A DNA stretch of 63,421 nt, filler included, from Catajapyx aquilonaris (GCA_000934665.2; 4 parts of 4 records of this genome joined end to end with filler, not necessarily neighbours in it); one strand, 5' to 3'; shown: positions 20,266 through 32,551, counted from the whole stretch's first letter. The notes: a model not told the origin generated them from the letters alone. Translations and numbers: made by a program.

Positions 20266-23200
20266 ATGGACTGGATGGCCACTGGGAGGTTCCCCTGCCT
20301 GTACTGCGACCAGGTGTTCGACAGGAGGTGCCTCCTCCTGGGGCACAGCTTCACCCACTCAAAGTGGGATGAGGTCAAGAGGGAGCTGCAGGACGGGGAG
20401 GAAGGACTGCTCACTGGTAGGGGTCAGGTGGGGGTCACCATTCGTTTCAACAAGGGAGAGGCAGGAGGGAGTGGAGGACAGGTGAAGGACGCTGTAGTTC
20501 GAATCAAGGAGGAGCCTCAGGAGGCAGGAAGCAGTGAAGGACAGGTGAGGGAAACCGTCTCATTCCAGAAAAATAACTCGTTGGGCTAATTTTTGTATAA
20601 TTAATGAATCACTGTTACATGTGGAATTGTGGCTGCGATAGGAAATCATTTGCAATTTTCTGGAGTAACTTGTAATAAAATTGGATGGAAAACTACCGTA
20701 TTACCTCACATAAAGCAGCATGCCGGTGTAGCTGAGGTCAACCAGATTTTAGAATTGCACCATCTTATGGCTATACCGACATGCCGGTATAGTGCGAGGT
20801 ATCCCTATTATTATAAAGCACAATATTTGTACATATTGTCAACCTGGTGGCAGAGGTCGCCACGACCTTTGACCCAAGTTAGGTTCTTTTACGTCTCTTG
20901 GGTTACACAGAGAAGTCAAGAAACAAGTGGGTCGCTTTCATCTTTTATTTCACTAAGCTCTAGGTTCTAGTTAACATGAATTGCAGCTAAATAAACCGAT
21001 TAGCAACTCTGACCTGAGTAGTTAGATGAGTGTGAGCGGCCATGGTGGTCCTTGTTGGGGACGGCGGGTAACGGCCGGAGAGTTGCCCCCGAAGACTCCT
21101 CCTCCTGATGGGCCTTCCTTCTGGGCAAATGGTGAGACAGGTGGGGCCTTCTTCCCCTCTCTGCTCCTCCCTCGGGATCTGCTTTCCTCGACTCAGGGGT
21201 GAGCCCTTTTATCTAGATGCTTGGCCTCAAAGTGTCAGAATTGCTAAACGGTCCTCTCGGTTTACGCAGATCACACTTCCTCTTTGACCAAATACGACCA
21301 CGCGCCTAGCTGACGACAGCCCTCCCGCATTGTTTACTCTAAATTTACACCACAGGGCCGCGTCTTGACTTTGATTGAGCCTTATGGCTGTTTGCTAATT
21401 GGTTCCTGATAATAAATCCCTGCTAAGAGTAACGTTTATAATTAGCGCTCACCTGAAGGGTGACAATATGTATGTATACATTTTCGCAAGCAAGGTGCAC
21501 CTCTGGACTTAATCTAACTAACATTAATATTTAACTGGTCTACGAGTAACTATGAACTAAATCAACCACCCCTGGTATAGTCAAAGGACGTCCAAGAATG
21601 CACCTCTGGAACCTCCCACTTTTCTAGTTTCTATGGAGATTCTCTCACACAACAATAGGAGTAAACAGTGTCAACAAAATAACCTTTGAAAATAACACTG
21701 TTTACTCCTATTGTTGTGTGAGGGAATCTCCGTGGAAACTGGAAAAGTGGGGGGTTCCAGAGGTGCATTCTTGGACGTCCTTTGACTTTATAGGGGGTGT
21801 GACAAGGACCAATACGTATATTGTCTTCAAAGGGGTGCGGAGGCCCGAGAAGGTTATTAAGGCTTTATGTATATGTTCGTGGGCTTGGCTCAATTTTGAC
21901 ATTTTTGTGGGTTGACAAATCATTGCATAACTTCACCGTCCATGCACACCATTCATGAGTTAACTTTTCTGTCATTTGTGGCAGAAGTAAGCAGATTTCG
22001 CCACCTTGATTTTAACTGAACGAAGTACCGGTACTATCCTTTGGGTGTATGTTCCTGAGCATGACTCAATTTTGAAATTTTTGTGGGTTGACACATTATT
22101 GCATAACTGTCCAATTATCCCTCCGCTTTCGATCACTTCTGCGTACGTTGACTGACACCAAGTTCAACATAATTATGTACCAGACACTACACACGGGTTT
22201 GCTGCTATAAATTAATTAATAAATAACGTGATAATCTACGTAGGTAAGGCAAAAAAAATTGTTTGCATGTGGCAACAGAGTTTTGTTGGTGATTAGCCTA
22301 CCATAAAAACAGGCCATGCGAAGAACGGGTTCCACTGCTAGTGCCAGTATAAGACGTGGCTTTCGCATAAGTTATTGTACATTAACCTGGGGAGGTGTAG
22401 ATGGCCGAGATGGTAACATCTCGGCTTGCTGAGTGAAAGGCCCCAGGTTCGATCCCCGCCTGGGGAACTTTCCTTTCACCTGCGTCAGGAGGGTCTCTGA
22501 CCTGCACCAAGGAGGTGTCTGGCAACCTAACCTCCTGGGGAACAGCACTCCTTTACCGACATTGCATTTGCACCTATGTTCCCTCCCCAAAAATCCCTAC
22601 CCTTACCCCATGTCCTTTCATCCTTGCACCGGAGTTAGAATAAAAATAGAAAATTGAAGGAAAAATGGTGGTATTCCACTCCCCTATAAGGGCCTATGGC
22701 CCTATCACAGGGTATTTAAAAAATGTACATTAACCTGGGTTCACACTAGCTGATGGTAGCATACGAAACAAATGAAACAGTACTGCAGACGAATGGGAGC
22801 ATGGGAGCTACCTACCTTCCCTTCCATTTCCGCCAATGATGGGAGAGGCAAGAAAGTGGTGGGGTTCTTCATCTGCCTCCGCCAGAGGCTCTGCCCCCCC
22901 TTGCCAGCCATCACCCTGACCAGCTTTCCTGCCTCCCCATTGGTGGATACAAAAGCAACACACCGTTTCGTACTTTCCGTCACCTGCTGTCACCCGCATG
23001 TGGGCTCTGGTTGGTCCACTATACCATTTCGTTCGTTTCGTATGCTACCGTCAGCTGGTGTGTGACGGAACCCCCTCATCCTTTCCGAACTTGTCATCCA
23101 CCTGAAAATCGAAAAGGCACATTTTTCCGAATATAATATTGTTTTCAATTGCAGTGTCTGACATTAATCTCTATTTCAAAGCCGGCTGACGATGGGATTT

Positions 23201-26200
23201 GTCCCACACTACATTTTAAAATATGCACTGTGCCACAGAACTAGAATATTCTCACAGCCTGTACACTCGCCCATTTTCATCGTAACATAATTTCAGTACG
23301 GTACTAGAACCATACCATTAAAAAATTACAATGATCAAAATTACGGAAATCTTTCTCAGTTATTGCGGCATGCTGGACACCCCCAGGTTATACCGGCATG
23401 CTGGTCGACCTCATTTTATACTGGCATGCCTCTTTATATGAGGTAATACGGTACATGTCACAATAAAGGAAATTATAAGCATTCAAATGAAAACGGGTTA
23501 CTGGATGGGTTTCTTGTGGCATCTTCTACACAAAATGTGACAGAGTGGTAGTGTGCCTTTGTTCAGGACACCCCTGGCCTTCGCGGTAAAAAAGACCATC
23601 CAGTTAGATATGGAAGCAAGGAACGTTAAACAGCAAGCGGTAATTCAATATTGAACTGCGTAAGGTGTCAGAGTACAGAAATCCATTGCTGCATGAGTGG
23701 CGTGTATGAAAACTTTATGTCTTAGGCAAGTGTTAGAGCTGGAGTAAGTTGTTCTGAGAGGGGTGATTGCTCCAGGCCGTACCACATGGCAAAGGCATGT
23801 AGTTTTCGTACACAGGCACAGCATTTATGACTCCTTATGCTGTTCAAGTATGAATCACTGCTGGCTGCTCGGCATTAGTTCCTTCCGTATCTGACGATGT
23901 TTTTGATGGGGTGTCTGTGGCAAAGGCACACTGCCACTGCGTCCCATCCAATCACAAACTCTCAGTGTCTCATAATACTGCATCGGTGCAACATTAGTTT
24001 TGTGTACAACATGTTGTGAGAGACCCAAGAAATTTGCTATGTGTTTGTGGCTCGTTTTCCTTTGAATGGCCCTTATAAAATAAATCATTTTTAGCTTGAT
24101 GTTCAAGCAGGATTTCTTGTAACTCTTTATACTTTTGACCTACATAATTTTTCTGATTTTGGAAGGCTATTAACATCTGAACTGGTCAGCAGTTGACGAA
24201 GAACAAGCGCTTGTTCACATTCTGTCCTCTTGACTTGATTCGAAGGCACTGAGATTATTTGCATTCCTGGATTTAATGCCTTCATAAAGTGATGTCACGT
24301 GCTCAGTGCAACTACTTTTGCATTAATTTTAGCAGACTCCACACTGCCATGGCTTATAGCACTGGATAACAGTGACAAATGTGCAACTTTACTTGGTGAA
24401 ATATTGTTCCATCATATTCGATCATATTGGTGTTGATGTTTGAGATAATGCTTGTTTCATTTCATCTCCAGCGGAAGTGATACTTTCTGTCGTTTGCTTG
24501 AATCATGTAAAACTGAGCACCAATTGCTTTCCTTTTTGATTTCGACTCATGTTCCTGGTACACATTCAGCTGCCCTGAACACATGGTTGGGGATGGGCTT
24601 CATCATGTGTATTCAAATTTGAAATGTTGCTGCATGACACCATAATTTTTCTCTTCTCATCCATTTGTGCTATTATTATTATTCTTTCCAATTCTTTTCC
24701 TTTTCAGTTCCCTCTGAACGTGGAATCAGAGCCACCAAGAGATGACAGCAGAGCAGAAGATACTGGGCAGTCATTCTTGGGAGTTGTGAAGACAGAGGAG
24801 TCTGTTGCGGAAGAGAAAGCTCAGTTCAGAAGGTTCCTGAGGAGTTACCGGAAAACAAACTCAAAGCCAGATGCCACTCCAGGTGACCCTCCAGCTAAAG
24901 CAAAGGTTTGTGACAATAATGCAATTGGCCAGTCTAATATTCCAAATTTGAAATTACCAACCCCTGAATGTATCTCCACCTTACCTTGGTCTTGGGCTTG
25001 CGTTTTCCCATGATCCTGAAGAGCTATGCCAGAGGTACTTTCATCTACTGGTAGGGCCACCCAAGTCGGACAGGTCTTTGGGATACAAGACAGACATAGA
25101 GAGATGCCGGTCTTTCCTCCTCCTTTTGTCCTCTTATTTTCTCTCTCCATGTGCCTTTATGTATTCTGATGTATGATGTCCCACATAGCCATAGTTGCTT
25201 GGCTCTTTATTAAGTAAACAGACCTGAAGTTTTACACCCTTCTAGTGCCTATACATTATAATACATATGCAAGAGAATGAACAGTTTTGCTGGAGAAGAT
25301 CTCGGTGTAAATCTCCACGCTATTTATTCCTCCGTGCGAAATGCGGTACTGCTGCTAGTACTGTATACAGTAGACTTTTGAATATGTACTGTGTTTTTAA
25401 ATATTGGATTTACATAGTTGTAGCTGATATTGTCATGTTCTCACGTGCTCTATATACCGACCTGTTCGCATCCATCCAACAAGTCCTGGAAGCTTCCTGG
25501 TACCTCCACCCATAATGGTCACACTCGTATTCTCTTTTTCTCATTGATTTTTAAAAATCTAATTACATAATTATAACCTCTTGATGTCGGGGCTCCGTAA
25601 AGTGACCCGCGAATAATGACCCCTTGACCCCCTTTTAGGGGGTCAAAGGTCACACTATGAAATACCGTAGTTTCCACCCGATTTACTTCACATTTGGTGC
25701 ATAGGTAGCCCACCCCAGAGGCTTAAAAACGCACGTAAAGTGACCCGCGAATAATGACCCCTTGACCCCTTTTTAGGGGGTCAAATGTCACACTATGAAA
25801 TACCGTAGTTTCCACCCGATTTACTTCACATTTGGTGCATAGGTAGCCCACCCCAGAGGCTTAAAAACGCACGTAAAGTGACCCGTAAATAATGACCCCT
25901 AGACCCATTTTTAGGGTGTACATGTCAAGTTACCATTCAATGAAACTTATACACCTTTGAAAGCTTATGAAGAACAGATTACTCACATATACATGTATTT
26001 CCATCAATTTTGACTATGTGAGTCTCTTCAGGTCTATGGTCGTACTGTACGAAAAAGGCTCACTCGGCCTTCTTATTTGCCAGGACGAATCAGAAAGTCA
26101 TAGAAAACTTTTTGAATTCATAAGTTTCACTATAGACACTGAAACTGAGATATACATATGAAAGTGCAAGTCCTCCTCTAACTTTAGACATAGTCACCAT

Positions 26201-29033
26201 ACACTTTTGTGCATTTGTCCCAGTGGGACACTATCTTTTCCATGCCCCTGCGGCAAAACGCTTCACATTGAGTGGTAAGTCAAAGTCGGATGGTCTCTTT
26301 CACTTCCTCGATGTTTCTGAAGTTCTAACCAGCCAGGTGCTTTTTCATTGGTCCAAGGAGAAGGTAGACCATGGGTAAAACCACCTCTTTGGACCAAAAA
26401 AGAAGCATTAGCTATTAGCTTCTCAAGAGCTCAGCCACATCGAGGAAGTGAAAGAGGCCATACCCCACTGGCTTCCCACCCAGTCTGACGTTTTTCTCTC
26501 TCTCTCTGCAGGTGTATGTAAAATCTAATACCCCGCTAGGACAAGTGCACGTAATTGTTGTCTAAAATTAGAGAAGCGCTTGCCCTTTCATATCTCATCA
26601 GTTTCAGTGTCTCTAGTGAAACTTCTGAAGTAAAAATGTTTTCAATTACTTTCTGATTCGCCCTCGTATTTTACATGTCGGACCTTAATACGAAGACATC
26701 AATGAAACGTGCACCACTGAAGGGATATGAGTGGTGGAGTATATACTAGTATTTAATAAATCCTAAAGTTCGACTCCTCAGTTGCTCGTCAGGTAAAAGG
26801 TCATGCACTTTGAGCTGCCAAAATGACACGTAATTTTAATCGCAGATTTTTTTTGGGAGGTTTTCTGCATATTCGGCGTACGTTGTAGATTTCAAGTCCA
26901 CTTTTAGCCTGTATGCGGGACGTATCGTTACAGAAATAATCGGGTTATTGTAAACATAAAAATGGAAAAGTTTCCATTTTTGAAATCTTCACTTCTCATG
27001 ACCTGCAAGGCGGATATCTGGTTTGAAATATATATCCATGTCCTTGACAAAATACAATCCTAAGTGCCAAATTTCGATTTTCTAAAATATCTTTTATTTC
27101 TGGTCATCATATTATATTGTCCTTTATTAGCATATTAAGGTTCATCCATATCCGTTATTATCACCTGCGATATGTCCCTTGTCAGTATATCTGTATCAGC
27201 CACAGAAGTCCTTCACTAATGTTGCCAATTCTCAAGATCTGTCCCTGTAAAGGGGTTCTGACAAGTTGAATAGTTTTGGTAGCTTCCACACTGCATAATG
27301 AAATGTTATATTGATTTGGGTCAATTACTTTTCAGAAAAGACAAAGGAGAGCTCACGAAGGAAATAAGAAGAGTGAAGTCCACATGCATGGTAAAAGGAA
27401 GACAGAAGCAGATGGGAAGGTATTTTCCTGCCAAATCTGCCAGAGAAATTTCAGTAGACCAGATTATTTGAAAGTTCACATGAAAAGGCACACGGGTGAT
27501 GTGCCATTTGATTGCAATGTGTGCCAGAAGAAATTTGTTCGAGCTTGTTATTTGAAAAAGCATATGGAAGTGCATATGGGAGATAAACCATTCACTTGTC
27601 CAACATGCCTCAAGAGGTTTAGGAGGGGTGAGCATTTGAAACTGCATATGCGAGCACACACTGGGGAGAAGCCATATAGCTGTCCACTTTGCCAGAAAAC
27701 GTGTAGCCAGAAAAGCAATATGAAAAGTCACATGGCAACCCATACTGACACAAAGTCATTTAAATGCCACCTTTGCCAAAAAATGTTTAAAACCCAAAGT
27801 CGTTTGAGAGTTCACAGAAAAATACACTTAGAACTGAAGCCATTTGTTTGCCATGTTTGCCAGAAAACGTTTCGTCAAAAATGCAATTTGTCAACGCATA
27901 TGAGAATTCATACTGGAGAGAAGCCTTATGGCTGCAAATTTTGTACCAAAAGGTTTTGCCTGGCAGGTGATTTGAAAGTCCATATAAGAACCCACACTGG
28001 AGAAAAACCTTACAGCTGCAAATTTTGTCCCAAAAGGTGTAGTCAGATAAGTGATATGAAAAGCCATATGCGAATACACACAGGGGAGAAGCCTTTCAGT
28101 TGCCAAGTGTGCAACAGAAAGTTCAGCCAGGGACATAGCATGAAGAATCACATGCTAATACATGCAGGAGTGAAACCTTATGTTTGCCAAGTCTGCCAGA
28201 AAAATTTCAGGGAAGCAGGATCGTTGAAAAAACATATGCAGGTACACACAGGAGAACGACCACATCATTGCCAAGTGTGCCAAAAGAAGTTCAGAGAGTC
28301 GGGGAATTTGAAAAGACACCTGCTGACGCACACTGGAGAAAAACCATTTCGTTGCCAAGTATGCCAAAAGAAGTTCAGAGAGTCAGGGGGTTTGAATAAA
28401 CATATGCTGTTGCACACTGGAGAAAAACCATATCATTGCCAAGTCTGCCGAAAGAAGTTCAGGCAGGCATGGACTTTGAAAATGCACTCGCGGTTGCACA
28501 CAGGAGAAAAACCTTATCATTGCCAATTTTGCCAAAAGAAGTTCAGGCATCCAGGAACATTGAAGAAGCACATGCTGCTGCACACGGGAGAAAAACCCTT
28601 GGAAAAACCATTTCGTTGCCAAGTGTGCCAAAAGAAGTTCAGGGAGTCAGGGTGTTTGAATAAACATATGCTGTTGCACACTGGAGAAAAACCATATCGT
28701 TGCCAAGTCTGCCAAAAGAAGTTCGCGCAGGCAGGGGCTTTGAAAATTCACTCTCGGCTGCACACCGGAGAAAAGCCTTATCATTGCCAATTTTGCCAAA
28801 AGAAGTTCAGGCATGCAGGAACATTGAAGAAGCACAAGCTGGTGCACACAGGAGAAAGACCATTTCATTGCCATCACTGCGATAAAAGATTTCGTCAGTT
28901 AGCGTACTTAAAAATGCACATGCGAGTACATACCGGCGAGAAGCCATTTCGTTGCCAAATTTGCCAGAAATTATTTGCTTTCTCAGAGGGCTTGAATTCT
29001 CACATGAAAAGACACATGAAGAAAACTAAGTAA
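20266..29033 (+). CDS. Poly-C2H2 zinc-finger gene 2 (about 724 aa); exons 20266-20544, 24708-24905, 27336-29033
   Basis: Exon 1 has an isolated C2H2-like finger (CLYC...HSFTH) and an acidic/Gly linker. Exon 2 is a linker. Exon 3 has 19 tandem fingers. Both introns are phase 0 GT-AG. Confidence 0.85.
20837..21465 (-). mobile_element. Solo LTR (Gypsy-like), 629 bp
   Basis: TGTCA...TGACA inverted termini, 4-bp TSD ATAT (20833-20836, 21466-21469), minus-strand ATAAAAGG near 21210 and AATAAA near 20945. Confidence 0.7.
21513..22341 (+). mobile_element. Non-autonomous Helitron-like element with an internal palindrome of about 230 bp (21568-21800)
   Basis: A|TC start (TCTAACTAACATTAATATT), degenerate subterminal hairpin (GGCCATGCGAAGAACGGGT), CTAG|T end, and an internal direct repeat (CAATTTTGA.ATTTTTGTGGGTTGACA...TTGCATAACT, twice). 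Confidence 0.65.
22392..22723 (+). mobile_element. tRNA-derived SINE, family C
   Basis: A box TGGCCGAGATGG, B box GGTTCGATCC, A-rich tail, 16-bp TSD TGTACATTAACCTGGG (22376-22391, 22724-22739). Confidence 0.88.
22737..23075. mobile_element. MITE
   Basis: Inverted arms CACACTAGCTGATGGTAGCATACGAAAC and GTTTCGTATGCTACCGTCAGCTGGTGTG. Confidence 0.6.
23900..24400 (-). pseudogene. Possible decayed hAT-family transposase fragment
   Basis: Broken frames include AKNDLFYKGHSKENEPQTH and NFLG, loosely resembling the hAT LAFRGH...GNFL segment. Many stops and frameshifts. Confidence 0.3.
25596..25915. repeat. 138-bp tandem repeat, about 2.3 copies
   Basis: AGTGACCCG recurs at 25601, 25739 and 25877. 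Each unit contains the hairpin TTGACCCCC-TTTT-AGGGGGTCAA. Confidence 0.9.
26078..26668 (-). mobile_element. Internally deleted mariner element with transposase C-terminal relic (26184-26370)
   Basis: TACGAGGGCGAATCAGAAAGT-type TIR with extended inverted arms. The minus strand reads LLGPMKKHLAG*NFRNIEEVKETIRL*LTTQCEAFCRRGMEKIVSHWDKCTKVYGDYV*, the mariner transposase C-terminus. Confidence 0.8.
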
Positions 29034-31655
29034 ATGAAGGGTCCAGTCATTTTTTGCGCCAAAAATCAAGCAAGACTCCCTTATTCCAAATATGTGGTCG
29101 TATGAGTGAAAACTCCAGTGAAAGTTTATACTGTATATATTTTTAGAATCAGACTCAAATTTCGTATACCCTCTAGACTTCTAGAGGCAAGTATAGGGTT
29201 CAAGCTCCAGGGAATCGCCAAAGATGGCAGCTTCCATCGACAAACTGCGTGCAAGCCAGGTGGTTGGTTGGAATTCGACTCATTAACCATAATTGAGTTA
29301 GACTGTTCTTCATGCAACTAATTCTCTCGCAATAATTCATGACTCAATTCGGGGGTATGATTAGATGTTCTTCTTGGATTAGTACAAGAGTCATTTTGGA
29401 GAGATTGGCGTCCATTAGTTTGACGCATTGGAGTGAAATATTTTATTGTGGATTTATAAACGTCCATTTTTCAATGTCATAGTCAAATCACTCGCACAAA
29501 TAAGGCTTGTACATCAGGACTTGTGATTCCGTGACAGTATGTAGGATATTGTTCTCCTTTATGATTACTGGAGTAACCTGTAGACAATAACACAATTCAC
29601 ATAATTACCACAAAGGAGCTCTCCGGAACTTTACAACTCTTACTGGCTATGATATAACCTCCCTTACTGATACTAACAAAAAAAATCAAGATTAAGCAAT
29701 AAATACTGTAATTCAGAACATGTGTGGCTCCCAGCCCATATATCGCACTATACTGTACACGTACTACAGTATCCTGTATTATAACTAACAGTGTAATGCA
29801 CCGCTTATATTAACTTGCTCTTATATCACTTCCAGCCACTGTCTTGATATGACGACCATAATTTGTCATTGTTATCTCATTACTCAACTGTTACTGATTA
29901 CTGATTGTTTTTATCTCAATATTGGCATGTTTTGGATTGCACAGTATTAGTATTTTCCACACAGTGGTGTACTTTTGCAATATGAAAAATAATGGCATTA
30001 TTGGTTGCTGTTTAAAGTTGAAACGGAGGCATTGATTGTTGCGAAAGAAATACCGAAATATGTAGGCAGTGACTTTGTATACTTAGTACTTATAGTGGAA
30101 ATAAAACGAAAATCATGTTAAAAATTAAAGTGAATGCTTGTCATGATTATTTTGAAGCACTATTTCACGTCAAGAGTGCCAGCTTAGCCACAACCACGGC
30201 CACAAGCATAAATATGTGCCCCTCTTTTCCCCCCATTTCTTTCTCAGGAAGCATTGCTAGTAATGTATGCCATTTATCAGCTCAGGCGTCGATTCAAGGT
30301 ACGTTTCACTCGGTTTGTGTCCTGTTGGGGCCTCTCTTACACAACCGGACAATATCCATAAATACGATCTATAAGTATGGGACATAAGCTCACAAGGACA
30401 CCCTGACACAAACTCATACAAATTGTAGGGTGTTGGCCTGCATTACATTGGAAATAAATATATTCAAATTGCGGCTGTGACATTGTCACCACTATGGCAG
30501 ACCAACTTTGATTCAAAATTCTGCGGGTTCTACATTTGAAAGAGAGCGAGAAAAAAAAAAAAACGCAGCGAAAATTCGTATTGCCGCGACAATCGGAATT
30601 CGGACAGCGAAACTTCTCCATAGCGTAATCACTTTGTATACCGCGGAAAAGTTTCAGTAATACACATATTATTACGGCAGGATTGGTTTACCTAAGTACA
30701 TACTTTCTTAGAGAGTGGAATTTATGATTTAAAATGCATAGCTCTCAAGGGTTGCAAAGTGTCCACTAAAACTGGTTAGAATTACATGCTGTACTGCATT
30801 GGTTTCATACTGAAATTAGCCACTTTCCCATTTTCAGGGTGGCTACTTTGTGCAAATGAAGTAGTTGTACAGCAGTCCCTTATTTAGGTTTGTAACTCTT
30901 TGTGAACAATAAGCAACTCTAAAAAAATGAGCATTTTCAAAAGCTGCCATTAAAACTTTTCACAACTTCGAATATACGAACGTCCACTTTCCCGTTCGCT
31001 TAATTTTTGTGTGGCCACAACTAAAAATTACTGCCTATACCACTCACAGGATGAGATTTTTTCGAATAATTTTTCGAATAATAATTTTTCGAATAATAAA
31101 TCACCCTCTAATATAATTAGCCAGCATAAACTAGACTTGGCTGTGTCCCAGAGACTGTCTTTTTTCCCCCATGTTTGAGTATTAATTCACAGCCGTGTGT
31201 TTCATGTTATGTTAAAAAGTTACCCATTGGGCCTAAAATTCTTACATTTTTTTTTCTCCATTCTATGGGCTACATGGGCATGTTATCACGAGGCTAATTG
31301 AGAGGTGCTTATGAAGGAGATGTAACAAGATTTGACCACTTTGTTTTGAAATTGCAACACTTGTTTGTCAGGGTGACATTCTGAGATGTAATATGGAAAC
31401 TGGGTGGAGTTTGGTCATAGTATTTTTTGTACAGGTACACCCGCGAGCATAAAGATGGAGACGGCAGGTCCTCACCTTCGGCAGGCTGCTCTACCAATTG
31501 CAGCTATTACGGTATCAAATATACTGTCATAAATACATGAACACACGCCTGATGCAGCAAACTCGGTCCAAAAAGAGTTCATTAACTTGAGTCGGATAAA
31601 GAAAGGTGAAAAAAGGGCCTGCCGTCGCCATCTTTATGCTCGCCATGAACTAACT

Positions 31656-31755
31656 NNNNNNNNNNNNNNNNNNNNNNNNNNNNNNNNNNNNNNNNNNNNT
31701 TAATTAATTAANNNNNNNNNNNNNNNNNNNNNNNNNNNNNNNNNNNNNNNNNNNN
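31656..31755. other. Artificial contig spacer
   Basis: 44 N + TTAATTAATTAA + 44 N. Confidence 0.97.
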
Positions 31756-32295
31756 GGGGGGGGACGGACGAGCCCGGCGCAGGCGAAATTTTTAGGGCAT
31801 TCAAGGTCACACGAGCTTATAGGTGAATGTGGAAGATTCGAAGGGGTGTGTATTTGATGAAATTGGTAGCCCTTTTTCCAAAAAAAGTCACAATTTTTCA
31901 ATTTTAAACTATTTCAAACTGTCCTCTATATTGTCATGATCCGGACAAAATTGCGTCGCGGTCCGCCAGTTGAATAGCCCTGCTCTACACTTTAAGGGCA
32001 CCGTACGCATTAACTACGCAATGGCGCCCAAAACTAATTTCACATCCCTATATTAGTTTTTCCGAGTACTATCAGTCTACCTGGCAATTGTCCGCGAGTT
32101 TCCCTTTTCCCTGAAATGCTTCCTAAAAATATTTTTGTATTGTTTATTTTTCTCCATGCAAAATTATTCAGTATTGCTTTTTGCAGCCAATCATACTTTA
32201 TAATGCTAACATATGAGAATGGATTTCACACCTGTTGCTGTTTTCATGGATGCCCTCTATCAATGTGTTGAAGATATTCTGTATTGTGTTATTTC

Positions 32296-32402
32296 ACCTC
32301 TCTCCCTCCCTCTCTCTCCCTCTCTCTCCTTCCCTCTCCCTCTCTTTCTCCCTTGCCCCCTCTCCCTCCGTCTCTCTCTGTCTCTCTCCGTCTCCTCTCT
32401 CT
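32296..32402. repeat. CT-rich polypyrimidine low-complexity tract
   Basis: About 105 bp almost entirely C and T. Confidence 0.85.
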
Positions 32403-32551
32403 TTTCACTTTACTTATACAAAGTGTTCCCATAGATTTTTGTGACGTCAGCATTTGGTATGTCGCTTTGTTTATTGCCTCTTTTTCCAGCATGATTGTTT
32501 CATAGCCAAATGTGTGCAATTAGTGAACATAATTATTTACTTGGTACACAG

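Larger units (their letters stand above)
25558..26749 (+). mobile_element. Probable Helitron-like element containing a tandem repeat and a mariner derivative
   Basis: A|TCTAATTACATAATTATA start; CACCACT...AGTGGTG hairpin followed by CTAG|T at 26746-26750. Confidence 0.45.

Noticed and set aside
22480..22560. Hammerhead or HDV-like ribozyme in the SINE middle domain
   Set aside because: There is no CTGATGA/GAAA core and I could not build the HDV double pseudoknot by eye. Only the covarying hairpins are reported.
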